Shown piece by piece: positions 1 to 8,924 of a DNA stretch of 32,000 nt; position 1 is the stretch's first letter; each line of letters begins with the position of its first letter. A program made the position numbers and the translations under genes. Location of the stretch: NCBI RefSeq assembly GCF_000011805.1, contig NC_006840.2; one strand, given 5' to 3'. The notes under the pieces are model-generated. The model was not told the DNA's origin, ran no database searches, and saw nothing but the letters and a program-made list of their open reading frames with translations. Source of the stretch: Aliivibrio fischeri ES114 (lineage in GTDB: Bacteria > Pseudomonadota > Gammaproteobacteria > Enterobacterales > Vibrionaceae).

Positions 1-144
1 TTGCGTTAAAACTAAGACAATCAAACAAAGCATTTCAAAGAATTAGAAGCAGGTTGCGAAACTTCATTCAAACCATTATTAACCAAGGTACATTTGTATT
101 AGCCTAAACTCGATTTTATAAAATAATAAGGCTAGATAAATACC

Positions 145-852
145 ATGAAAAAATTATTTACTACATTAGCTGTTCTAAGCGCTCTTTCAGCAACGCCATT
201 CGCTTCTGCATCAGAATGGGGTTATACAGGAGATACAGGCCCTAACCACTGGCATGGCGTTTGCCAAACAGGCGTAAACCAATCTCCAATTGACATTACC
301 AATGCCATTGAGAGCGAATTAGAGCCGATTACGTTTAATTATGGTCAGGCTGGTGAAAACATCGTTAATAATGGCCATACGGTGCAGGTAAACATAAAAA
401 GCCCACAATCAATTCAAGTTGAAGGTAAGACATTTAGCCTACTGCAACTGCACTTCCATGCTCCAAGTGAGAATTTAATTGCAGGACACTCATATCCGTT
501 AGAGATGCACTTAGTTCATGCTGATAAAGATGGAAACTTAGCCGTTGTTGGTGTGATGTTTAAAGAAGGCAAAGCAAATCCAGAACTTGCTAAAATCTGG
601 TCGCAAATGCCTGGATCAGGAGAAGTCACTCTTGATAAGAAATTAACACTAACGAACTTATTACCAAATGATCAAGCCTACTATCGTTTTAATGGCTCAT
701 TAACGACACCACCTTGTTCTGAAGGAGTAACTTGGCTAGTAATGAAAAATCCTATTGAGATTTCATCTGAACAATTAGCTCAATTTAGAGAACTCTACAA
801 CGGTAATAACCGTCCAACCCAGGCTATTAATGCTCGCCCTATCTTAAAATGA
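145..852 (+). CDS. Periplasmic alpha-class carbonic anhydrase
   Basis: 235 aa ORF with signal peptide (MKKLFTTLAVLSALSATPFASA) and alpha-CA motifs: WGYTGDTGPNHW, QSPIDI, LLQLHFHAPSENLI, MHLVHAD, GSLTTPPCSEGVTW. Confidence 0.96.
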   Translation: MKKLFTTLAVLSALSATPFASASEWGYTGDTGPNHWHGVCQTGVNQSPIDITNAIESELEPITFNYGQAGENIVNNGHTVQVNIKSPQSIQVEGKTFSLLQLHFHAPSENLIAGHSYPLEMHLVHADKDGNLAVVGVMFKEGKANPELAKIWSQMPGSGEVTLDKKLTLTNLLPNDQAYYRFNGSLTTPPCSEGVTWLVMKNPIEISSEQLAQFRELYNGNNRPTQAINARPILK

Positions 853-861
853 TAACGAAAA

Positions 862-898
862 TGCCGTAAATCCACACAAAATGCTCGAATTTACGGCA
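862..898. terminator. Perfect 10-bp inverted repeat downstream of the carbonic anhydrase gene, possible weak or non-canonical terminator
   Basis: TGCCGTAAAT (862-871) and ATTTACGGCA (889-898) are perfect reverse complements just after the stop codon. There is no clear T-tract. Confidence 0.4.
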
Positions 899-924
899 AA
901 CAGTACTTAATTTTAAAAGAGTGC

Positions 925-953
925 TTTACATGAAGGTGGGGAACGCCTATTAT
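925..953 (+). promoter_or_regulatory. Sigma70 promoter for tRNA-Ser copy 1
   Basis: TTTACA (925-930), 17-bp spacer, TATTAT (948-953), then a GC-rich CACCGCG stretch immediately before the tRNA. Confidence 0.8.
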
Positions 954-963
954 TCACCGCGTT

Positions 964-1054
964 GGAGGGATGGCTGAGTGGTCGAAAGCACCGGTCTTGA
1001 AAACCGGCAAGGGTTAATAGCCCTTCTAGGGTTCAAATCCCTATCCCTCCGCCA
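964..1054 (+). tRNA. tRNA-Ser (anticodon UGA), CCA encoded
   Basis: Acceptor stem GGAGGGA/TCCCTCC, anticodon stem-loop CCGGTCTTGAAAACCGG, long class II variable arm (GGGTTAATAGCCC), T-arm GGGTTCAAATCCC, terminal CCA. Confidence 0.97.
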
Positions 1055-1064
1055 CTTTCTAAGC

Positions 1065-1090
1065 CCTAGCAGAAATGCTGGGGCTTTTTC
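1065..1090 (+). terminator. Rho-independent terminator of tRNA-Ser copy 1
   Basis: AGCCCTAGCAGAAATGCTGGGGCTTTTTC: GC-rich stem with T-tract. Confidence 0.85.
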
Positions 1091-1351
1091 GTATACGCAA
1101 ATAAAAATTGCTTTCAAAAAAATAAGTCATAAAGCCCTTCTCTTTGTTGGTAATAATCAAAAAGCACTGCCGCTTATCTAAATACCTACTATTCAAGTAA
1201 CAACTAAAAATCGATATAAACAAACACATAAAAACAATAGATACTTAAAAACCGATCTCTTATTTTTTGTTCAACATCAAATCAATCTTGCCTAACAATA
1301 AAGCGAAATGTTCGATTTTAAAGCAAATGATGCGTAATTTAAAAAGAGTGC

Positions 1352-1380
1352 TTTACATGAAGGTGGGGAACGCCTATTAT
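1352..1380 (+). promoter_or_regulatory. Sigma70 promoter for tRNA-Ser copy 2
   Basis: Same TTTACA-N17-TATTAT as copy 1. Confidence 0.8.
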
Positions 1381-1390
1381 TCATCGCGTT

Positions 1391-1481
1391 GGAGGGATGG
1401 CTGAGTGGTCGAAAGCACCGGTCTTGAAAACCGGCAAGGGTTAATAGCCCTTCTAGGGTTCAAATCCCTATCCCTCCGCCA
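1391..1481 (+). tRNA. tRNA-Ser (anticodon UGA), second copy, CCA encoded
   Basis: Identical to the 964-1054 copy. Confidence 0.97.
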
Positions 1482-1491
1482 CTTTCTAAGC

Positions 1492-1517
1492 CCTAGCAGA
1501 AATGCTGGGGCTTTTTC
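1492..1517 (+). terminator. Rho-independent terminator of tRNA-Ser copy 2
   Basis: AGCCCTAGCAGAAATGCTGGGGCTTTTTC, as in copy 1. Confidence 0.85.
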
Positions 1518-1951
1518 GTATCTATAGTTCAATCATACGTTAGAGCATACTTATTCGTAAGTATCATCATTAACTACAGCTCCCAACACCAAAGATAATG
1601 AGGTTTTGCTCTACGTTATTACTTTACTCTCACTTATTTTCTTTAACCTAAATAATCTATATTCCAGCCTTTACTTATATCACTCCCTTACAAATATAAT
1701 CACTATATATTAATCATTATATTTTCTATCAAAATAAGAAAACAATTAATAACATTCGCAAAATTTAGTTTTTAATAATTATATAGAAGCTATAAATTCT
1801 CTTACAAATTTAAAATTGATAGATTTAATTTAATTAGAGTAAACTCGAAAAAATTAACAACTCCCAAAGAAAGATAAATAAAGTCAAAAAGCCCCAGCTC
1901 AATTATAAATAAATTAAATATATTATTAATTTTACCTAAGATGATCACATC

Positions 1952-3838
1952 ATGAATCTAACATTAAAAAATACAGTTTTTATATCCACATTTTCACTGT
2001 TATTTATAATATCAATAATTTTAACAGGAACAGGATATTTTACATTTAAAAATTACAACATTAACTCTACTGAAGAACATAAAAAAAATATTGGTGCTTT
2101 ATTAGCTATCTCATTAGAAGAGAACATAAACAGTTATTTTACTGCTATGGAAGCCTTATCTATCGATTTCGATAGCAATGGAAATATCAGTGATATAAAA
2201 CAAGCAACAACGAGTTTAGAATTATTACGTAAAAGTACGAATGTACCTTTAGTCTCTATTGGACTTAAGAATGGGTTAACGTTTGAAAATGGTGCTTTTA
2301 TCCCTAATTTCAATGCAAAGGAAATGAAGAGAGAATGGTATCAGCGTACATTCAATGGTGAAACTAAAGTTATCACACAAGCTTATAACGATGCCGCAAC
2401 TAACCGTACTGTTTTCGCCTTTTCAAGTCCCCTTTATAAAAACAATGAAATTATTGCTGCAGTAGTTATTACAATTGAATTAGATACAATTAAAGAATTC
2501 ATTAGTAAACTTACACCTGAGAATCAGGTTTTTGTCTACGACAACAGTGGATATATTGTCTCTGCTCGTAGGGACCACTTAATCGGTAAAAATATATTTT
2601 CTGAACGTCCTGAATATAAAAGCTTTATTAATAATGAACTAAATTACAGCATTGATAATCGATATGTATCAGCGTATAAAATAGAAGCACCATCAATAAA
2701 TTGGAATGTTGTAAGTTATGAATGGGACGATGTTATTGCTCAACCAAGTAAAGACATGTTAATTGATTCAATAATATTATTTGTTATCGTATTAAGTATC
2801 GCCCTGATTCTTGTTCACTTTTTATTAATAAGATTAATTTATGCACCAATAGGTGGAGAGCCCGCTTATATTTCTTCTATTCTATCAAATATCGCAAATG
2901 GTAACCTATCTGAAAAATTCACAATTACAGGCAAGGAAACAGGGATTTACGCATCCGCTATTGCCCTTAATCAAAAGTTATCATCAATAATCAAAAATAG
3001 CTTATTACTTTCTGATAGCGTGTCTTCGGCTTCCGAAGAACTAACACTAGTGATGAATGACACTTCAAACAACTCTCAACAAGAGTTAACCCAAGTTGAA
3101 GCTATCTCAACAGCGATAAACGAACTTTCGAGTACATCAAAAGAAGTGAGTATCAATGCGCTGCATGCGGAAAATGAAACACAAAACGCAATCAATAATG
3201 TGACGAAAGGATTAGAGGTTCTTAATTCTTCGATTTCGCTAGCTAGCAATATCAATGATTCTGTTCAGCAAACAGCGGACATGATCTCAGAGCTTAAAAT
3301 TAACTCTAACAATATTGGAGAAGTAACAACGGTTATCAGCTCTATTTCAGAACAAACTAACTTACTTGCACTAAACGCAGCAATCGAAGCTGCTCGTGCT
3401 GGAGAGCAAGGACGAGGCTTTGCTGTTGTCGCTGATGAAGTCCGAAATTTAGCGGCAAAAACTCAAGAATCGACAAAAAACATTCAAGAAATCATTCTTA
3501 AATTACAAGAGCAATCTGAAATTGCCAATACGAATATTGCTTCGAATGTTGTTGCTATTCAAGAGTATATAAATCTGTCTGAAGATGTAAAAACTTCATT
3601 TGATAACATCGTTCTTTCTGTTCAATCTATCTCTGATGTTAATACTCTTGTGGCAACAGCTTCACAAGAACAGTTAGCGGTAACAGAAAATATTGCTCAA
3701 AATACAACGGCTACTTTTGATTTAGTACACCAAAACGTATCGGCAATAAACCAAACACAACAAGCTGCTGCTGAACTTTCGCAATTAGCTGTATCACAAA
3801 AAAATGAGTTATCTTTCTTTTTAATAGATGATAAATAA
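1952..3838 (+). CDS. Methyl-accepting chemotaxis protein with periplasmic Cache-type sensor
   Basis: N-terminal TM, ~270 aa periplasmic region with dCache-like features ([37 protein letters not shown]), second TM, and the MCP signalling hairpin [47 protein letters not shown]. Confidence 0.96.
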   Translation: MNLTLKNTVFISTFSLLFIISIILTGTGYFTFKNYNINSTEEHKKNIGALLAISLEENINSYFTAMEALSIDFDSNGNISDIKQATTSLELLRKSTNVPLVSIGLKNGLTFENGAFIPNFNAKEMKREWYQRTFNGETKVITQAYNDAATNRTVFAFSSPLYKNNEIIAAVVITIELDTIKEFISKLTPENQVFVYDNSGYIVSARRDHLIGKNIFSERPEYKSFINNELNYSIDNRYVSAYKIEAPSINWNVVSYEWDDVIAQPSKDMLIDSIILFVIVLSIALILVHFLLIRLIYAPIGGEPAYISSILSNIANGNLSEKFTITGKETGIYASAIALNQKLSSIIKNSLLLSDSVSSASEELTLVMNDTSNNSQQELTQVEAISTAINELSSTSKEVSINALHAENETQNAINNVTKGLEVLNSSISLASNINDSVQQTADMISELKINSNNIGEVTTVISSISEQTNLLALNAAIEAARAGEQGRGFAVVADEVRNLAAKTQESTKNIQEIILKLQEQSEIANTNIASNVVAIQEYINLSEDVKTSFDNIVLSVQSISDVNTLVATASQEQLAVTENIAQNTTATFDLVHQNVSAINQTQQAAAELSQLAVSQKNELSFFLIDDK

Positions 3839-3864
3839 TACAAAGAAGTGACAATAAGATATTT

Positions 3865-3895
3865 AAAGCCCTAACAGAGATGCTAGGGCTTTTTA
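3865..3895. terminator. Intrinsic terminator, probably bidirectional, between convergent genes
   Basis: AAAGCCCTAACAGAGATGCTAGGGCTTTTT. It resembles the tRNA-Ser terminators. Confidence 0.8.
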
Positions 3896-3908
3896 TATAT
3901 GCGGGTAA

Positions 3909-4724
3909 TTATTTTTGCTTCGCAATCCACTGTTTAACAAAATCAATTACGTATTTTTGGTTAGTAATTGCCGTTGCAGGATCAAAATCTTGATTATGTA
4001 AATCTGTGTTCGATAAGATTCGAATACCGATAAATGGTACTTTATAAGCCTCTGCAACTAATGCTGCTGATGAGCTCTCCATCTCTTCTGCCGCAGTTTG
4101 GTAGGTTTTGTGTAGCCAATTAATTCTAGCAACTTCTCGGTTCCATTCATCAGCGGTACCAATCACGCCTTTAACCACTTTGCCTTGAGCAGGATGCTTT
4201 ACATTCTTATAAGCAAAGTCCACTAACTCTGGAGTTGAATAAAATGCGTCATGCTCAACAAACTTATTATCTTCTCTTAATCGCATTGTTACTGTGAAGT
4301 TTTTCCATTTTTCAGGTTGAATACCTTCTTCTACTTTAGAGAATTCAGAGCGATTTGCTCCCATATTGAAGCTCTTAACGGCTAAAACAATATCACCACG
4401 GTAAAGCTCTGGATCATGACCACCAGAAGTCCCTTGGTTGATAATCATGCCTGGTGAAAACTTCTCAATAGCTAGAGTTGTTGATGCTGATGCATTAGCA
4501 ATACCCACTTCAGTTCTTGACACAATGACTGGATAATCATCAATAGTTCCAGTCCAAAACGTCCAAGAGCCAAAAGTTACCTCTTGTTTGTTTTGTAACT
4601 GCTCAACCATATAGTTAACTTCGACATCCATGGCGCCTTGTAAAACAATAGGCTTTGGTGCTGCAGCTAAAGAAAACGAAACAAGCGTAAATAAACTAGC
4701 AAGAAAATAACGAAGGTACTGCAT
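3909..4724 (-). CDS. Secreted/periplasmic MTA/SAH nucleosidase-like (PNP/MTAN superfamily) protein
   Basis: The ORF extends to 4790, but the start at 4724 gives a clean signal peptide [26 protein letters not shown]-like motifs: [51 protein letters not shown]. Confidence 0.85.
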   Translation of the reverse strand: MQYLRYFLASLFTLVSFSLAAAPKPIVLQGAMDVEVNYMVEQLQNKQEVTFGSWTFWTGTIDDYPVIVSRTEVGIANASASTTLAIEKFSPGMIINQGTSGGHDPELYRGDIVLAVKSFNMGANRSEFSKVEEGIQPEKWKNFTVTMRLREDNKFVEHDAFYSTPELVDFAYKNVKHPAQGKVVKGVIGTADEWNREVARINWLHKTYQTAAEEMESSSAALVAEAYKVPFIGIRILSNTDLHNQDFDPATAITNQKYVIDFVKQWIAKQK

Positions 4725-4804
4725 GTATATATCCCTAATTAATATTTTTATGATTAAAAATTTTGGCGGATAATACAGGAACACCAACAAAAAGCAATCG
4801 TTTG

Positions 4805-5305
4805 CTATTTTATTTCACACTCTGTCAAATTCTTGAGCATCCAAACATCACATCCATTGTGTTCAGTTCCATCAAGAGGCTTAGATAAACGCTTAAAGCC
4901 TAAATCTTCATAGAGAAAGATCGCAGACTTCATACTGGATAGCGTGTCTAGGTAACACTGAGCATACCCAACCTCTTTTGCAAACTTTAAGATTTTCCCC
5001 GCAATAGTTTTACCGAACCCACGTCCTCTTGCTTCTGGTAGGAGAAACAATTTTTTCAATTCACAGATCGTTCCACTGTTATTAAATGGCGATAAACCAC
5101 AACCTCCCACCACTCTGTCATTAAGTAGTAGGATAAGATATTTACTTTTTTCTTTTGGATTATAGTGAGCACTCATTTCTAACACTTCGTCATCACCAGG
5201 TCCAAATCCTTCTCCAACAGCACCGAATTCGACACCTACATTTTTAATGATGTAGCAAATGTCATTATCGTGCTCACTAGATATATCTACGATTCGATAT
5301 TTCAT
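4805..5305 (-). CDS. GNAT-family N-acetyltransferase
   Basis: 166 aa with acetyl-CoA binding signature [26 protein letters not shown] and the typical C-terminal GNAT portion. Confidence 0.92.
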   Translation of the reverse strand: MKYRIVDISSEHDNDICYIIKNVGVEFGAVGEGFGPGDDEVLEMSAHYNPKEKSKYLILLLNDRVVGGCGLSPFNNSGTICELKKLFLLPEARGRGFGKTIAGKILKFAKEVGYAQCYLDTLSSMKSAIFLYEDLGFKRLSKPLDGTEHNGCDVWMLKNLTECEIK

Positions 5306-5625
5306 TTTAATTCTCCGAAATCAGCTATTTTTCATTATAGAAAAATAAATAGAACATAATGCTGCCAAAAATTGATTGTGTGGGCTCAGTACAGATTTTG
5401 ATCACAGAGAAAGTTATTTCTTTTCATTAATTACATATTTTATAAATCACGAAATTAATTACATTAGATCACAACTAAATGACGCCTTTTGTTTCTGATT
5501 TGATGCGTTTTACAAAAAAATAGATAAATTGCCACATTGATCACATTTCTCCTAAACCAACGCATTACCTATCATCAACAATGACGTCTTATTTCGTCAT
5601 AAATATTGAGACTTTTTCGTCACTT

Positions 5626-7980
5626 ATGAATAATATTGTTACTCATTTTCTTTTAGCGTTTGCTCTATTCTGTTCCTCACAAGCTTCTGCTGAATGGGGT
5701 ATTAATACCTACAACCCAGTATCAATCTCGGAATCTGCACAAAAGATTGCGGCCGATATTAAACAGCTACCCGAACAGCACTTTTTCTCAAATAACGAAT
5801 ATCGACAAGTAAAAGAGTTGATGTCTCGAACTCTGTTTGAGCAAAATAAACAATTAAAAACATTAGAAGACTCTTTAGTTAACTATCGAAATGATGCGAC
5901 AGACAAAAACTGGGCAAAGGTAGAACAAAATCATCGCTCACTGACATCGTTAAACGTGAGCAAAGAGAAGTTATTGCTACTTAGTGATACAAAAACACGC
6001 GACCAACTCACTGGATTTGGTCCTCGTGGTGTTACTCAGTTTTATTCTGAATTACGTATTACAAAACAAAATATTCAATACTATATTCACTACCAACTGC
6101 GCAGTTTTAAAAAACTACTGAGTGATTTAGCTATTTCACCAGTACCTATGATTAGCGTGCTGTTTAAAGTGTTGTGTATCATGTTTATCTTTAATTGGTG
6201 GATGCGTAACAGCGATCGTCTAATTCACGACTTTAAAGTGTCTAAGCTAAAGAGCACTTCAAATCCAAGTTTGCTGATCCGTACTATTTGGTATTGCAGT
6301 CGTGCGCATAAAGCCATTGCATACTTGCTACTAATTACAGCGACATTACGCATTATTTCAACGTTACCAAGCTTACAGCATCTGATTTTCTTAGAGATCT
6401 TCACATGGTGGATCTTAGGTGGTTCCATTGCGGTAAGTTTTATTCTTGAATTTGCTTTCCGTAATAGCAAACACAATAAAAAAGAAAATATTGCACTTCG
6501 CTTATCCACGATTCGCCGTTATGTATGGGGGATAATTGTCGCTGGTGTGATTTTACAGATCTCATCAAGAACATTAGGCCAAGGAACCATTTATGCATGG
6601 ATTAACTCCTTTGTTGCTTTGTTCTTTGTATTACTGACGATCATCAGCTTGAAGCAATGGAACAACACTATCTTTAGTCGTATTGATCGTTTCGAAACCT
6701 ACCCTATTTCGGTTCAATGGGCGATCCGTAATAAAGATTCAATGTTTATGTCTATTCCAGCAACCGCTTGCTGTGCTGCGTGGCTAATAGGCAGAACACT
6801 GCAACATCTTGTGCTTTCGACTTTGTCACAATACGCTGCATTCAGTCATGCCCTTGCTTACCTATTTAGAATAGAAGTGGCTAAACAAACAGAAGTCTCA
6901 CGTGAACAATCGAACCTTGTGCGTGTAAAAGGTCCACTAGCATTTGACTATATTGCACCTGGCTCTGAAGAATCCGAACTTATCGAAGATTATGCTAAAG
7001 ATGAAATCATCTCTCTGTCACGCTACTTGTTAACTGACAGCCCAGCGGTATGTGTATTATCTGGCGAGCGTGGCGTAGGTACGACAACGGTACTTAAACG
7101 CATTCTGAATAAAACTAAAAACGCAGTACCTATTTACATTAACTGCCCTTACGACGGTTACGCTGCACTATTACCAGAGTTAGCTCAATTACTAGGATTA
7201 GATGCAGAATCATCTGAAAAAGATATCTTACAACACCTAAGAAACAGCGAGCAGTGCTACCTAATCGCTTTTGATAATGCACAACGATTAGTAAAACCAA
7301 AAGTGAACGGGTTAGTTGAACTAATGAAGTTAACCAACCTACTAAGACGTGCACGTAAGAGTCACCGTGTGGTTTTATCCATTGATAAATCAAGCTGGCG
7401 TTTTATTGACCGTGCTCGTGGCGAACGTTTATTGTTTGATCTTGTTACGTTTATGCCTAAATGGACAGAGAAAGAAATTGGTCAACTGCTTGATTCACGT
7501 ATCGTAAAAGAAAATAACGTAAACACCATTTCGTTTGATGGGTTAGTGCTGCCTAGACAATGGGATGAAGATAATTTAAGTGATGAAGAACGCGCTAAAA
7601 ATGGCTTCTACCGTATTTTATGGGACTACTCAGATGGTAACCCTACGGTTGCGCTGCGCTTCTTTAGATTGTCACTATTTAGAGATAAAGACACAGATGC
7701 CATTTTAGTTCGTCTATTTAGAGCTCCACAATCGGATGATTTAGAAACCATGCCAAAACCAATGTTGGCCGTACTTCGCTCTATCGTACAGTTGGAAGTC
7801 GCTTCCCCTGAAGATCTGTGTGATTGTAGTCGTCTGAGCATTGCGGAAGTCATTAGTACACTACGCTACTTCCAGAGCCGTGGTTACATTGAATGGAATG
7901 ATGAAAAAGCACGTATATCAGACCACTGGTATCGTCATATTACTAACGTATTACATCGTCAACACTTACTGGTGAAATAA
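5626..7980 (+). CDS. Large inner-membrane protein with periplasmic helical N-terminal region, multiple TMs and a C-terminal AAA/ExeA-like P-loop (degenerate) plus winged-helix-like domain
   Basis: The track ORF starts at 5581, but Met at 5626 gives signal peptide MNNIVTHFLLAFALFCSSQASA. Several hydrophobic segments lie between about aa 155 and 420. Walker A-like CVLSGERGVGTTTVLKRIL, Walker B-like CYLIAFDNAQRL, C-terminal LEVASPEDLCDCSRLSIAEVISTLRYFQSRGYIEW resembles a wHTH. Confidence 0.8.
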   Translation: MNNIVTHFLLAFALFCSSQASAEWGINTYNPVSISESAQKIAADIKQLPEQHFFSNNEYRQVKELMSRTLFEQNKQLKTLEDSLVNYRNDATDKNWAKVEQNHRSLTSLNVSKEKLLLLSDTKTRDQLTGFGPRGVTQFYSELRITKQNIQYYIHYQLRSFKKLLSDLAISPVPMISVLFKVLCIMFIFNWWMRNSDRLIHDFKVSKLKSTSNPSLLIRTIWYCSRAHKAIAYLLLITATLRIISTLPSLQHLIFLEIFTWWILGGSIAVSFILEFAFRNSKHNKKENIALRLSTIRRYVWGIIVAGVILQISSRTLGQGTIYAWINSFVALFFVLLTIISLKQWNNTIFSRIDRFETYPISVQWAIRNKDSMFMSIPATACCAAWLIGRTLQHLVLSTLSQYAAFSHALAYLFRIEVAKQTEVSREQSNLVRVKGPLAFDYIAPGSEESELIEDYAKDEIISLSRYLLTDSPAVCVLSGERGVGTTTVLKRILNKTKNAVPIYINCPYDGYAALLPELAQLLGLDAESSEKDILQHLRNSEQCYLIAFDNAQRLVKPKVNGLVELMKLTNLLRRARKSHRVVLSIDKSSWRFIDRARGERLLFDLVTFMPKWTEKEIGQLLDSRIVKENNVNTISFDGLVLPRQWDEDNLSDEERAKNGFYRILWDYSDGNPTVALRFFRLSLFRDKDTDAILVRLFRAPQSDDLETMPKPMLAVLRSIVQLEVASPEDLCDCSRLSIAEVISTLRYFQSRGYIEWNDEKARISDHWYRHITNVLHRQHLLVK

Positions 7981-7981
7981 C

Positions 7982-8863
7982 ATGATTCGTTTATTTGTAC
8001 TTTGCTTATCGCTGATGATGAGCTCAACTGCATTGGCTGAAGATGCTCAATCAATCGATAATTTACAACAATTTGCCAGTTTAATCCGTTGGAGTGGTGT
8101 TGCAGCCTCCTTCTTTATTATCCTAGGTGCGTGGTTATTCTTACGTTTTATTCAATCAATTGTCGATGGGGTAAGTAGCCAATTTGCTCAGCGCCGTATG
8201 TTGATGCAAAAGCTGCAATCGTTCTTTCAATTCTTTATTTACATGTCGACAGCCGTTGCGGTTTTCATGTTGAGTTTTCGAGTTGATGATCGAGTCTTAG
8301 CTTTAATTGGTGGTACGATTGCGGTATCTGTGGGTTTTGCCTTAAAAGACCTTACCGCCTCTTTCATCGCAGGCTTAACCGTAATGATTGATCGTCCATT
8401 CCAAGTGGGTGACCGGGTGACGTTTGAAGGCCACTACGGTGACATTATCGCCATTGGTCTTCGCTCTGTTCGCATGCAAACCTTGAACGACGATATTATT
8501 ACCATTCCAAATAACAAATTCTTAAATGAAGTCACCGTCAGTGGTAACTACGGTGGGTTGGATATGCAGGTGGTGATCCCTTTCTATATTGGAATGGATC
8601 AAGACATCAATAAAGCACGAGATATCATCCAAGAAGCGGCGTCTTCAAGTCGTTATATTCACTTACCAAAACCGGTTGTGGTATTAGTAAAGCAGACGAT
8701 TACCGATAACTATTTGGCGATTCAACTGACCTGTAAAGCTTATGTGGTAGATATTAAGTTTGAAAAACTCTTTGAAACAGACATTACGTTACGTGTGATG
8801 CAAGAGTTTAGGAAAGCCAATATCATTCCACCAACCATCGCAATACAGAGCAAATTAGCGTAA
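7982..8863 (+). CDS. MscS-family small-conductance mechanosensitive channel
   Basis: Signal peptide, TM segments, and MscS core ALIGGTIAVSVGFALKDLTASFIAGLTVMIDRPFQVGDRVTFEGHYGDIIAIGLRSVRMQTLNDDIITIPNNKFL. Starts 2 bp after the preceding stop. Confidence 0.95.
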   Translation: MIRLFVLCLSLMMSSTALAEDAQSIDNLQQFASLIRWSGVAASFFIILGAWLFLRFIQSIVDGVSSQFAQRRMLMQKLQSFFQFFIYMSTAVAVFMLSFRVDDRVLALIGGTIAVSVGFALKDLTASFIAGLTVMIDRPFQVGDRVTFEGHYGDIIAIGLRSVRMQTLNDDIITIPNNKFLNEVTVSGNYGGLDMQVVIPFYIGMDQDINKARDIIQEAASSSRYIHLPKPVVVLVKQTITDNYLAIQLTCKAYVVDIKFEKLFETDITLRVMQEFRKANIIPPTIAIQSKLA

Positions 8864-8871
8864 TAGAAAAT

Positions 8872-8907
8872 AAAAAAGGTAGAGTTATTAGGCTCTACCT
8901 TTTTTTA
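8872..8907. terminator. Intrinsic terminator downstream of the MscS gene, likely bidirectional
   Basis: AAAAAAGGTAGAGTTATTAGGCTCTACCTTTTTTT. Confidence 0.9.
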
Positions 8908-8924
8908 TTGGATGAGGATCAGAA

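Larger units (their letters stand above)
915..1094 (+). repeat. Tandem duplicated tRNA cassette, copy 1
   Basis: 180 bp matching 1342-1521 at a constant offset of 427 bp. The only difference found by eye is CACCGCG vs CATCGCG in the leader. Confidence 0.9.
1342..1521 (+). repeat. Tandem duplicated tRNA cassette, copy 2
   Basis: Matches 915-1094, including promoter, tRNA and terminator. Confidence 0.9.

Noticed and set aside
978-1181. 67-aa ORF on the plus strand
   Set aside because: It begins inside tRNA-Ser copy 1 and runs through its terminator; not a credible CDS.
6225-7853. Minus-strand ORFs of 94, 84 and 75 aa inside 5626-7980
   Set aside because: They are antisense to a long, well-supported ORF and show no recognisable domains.
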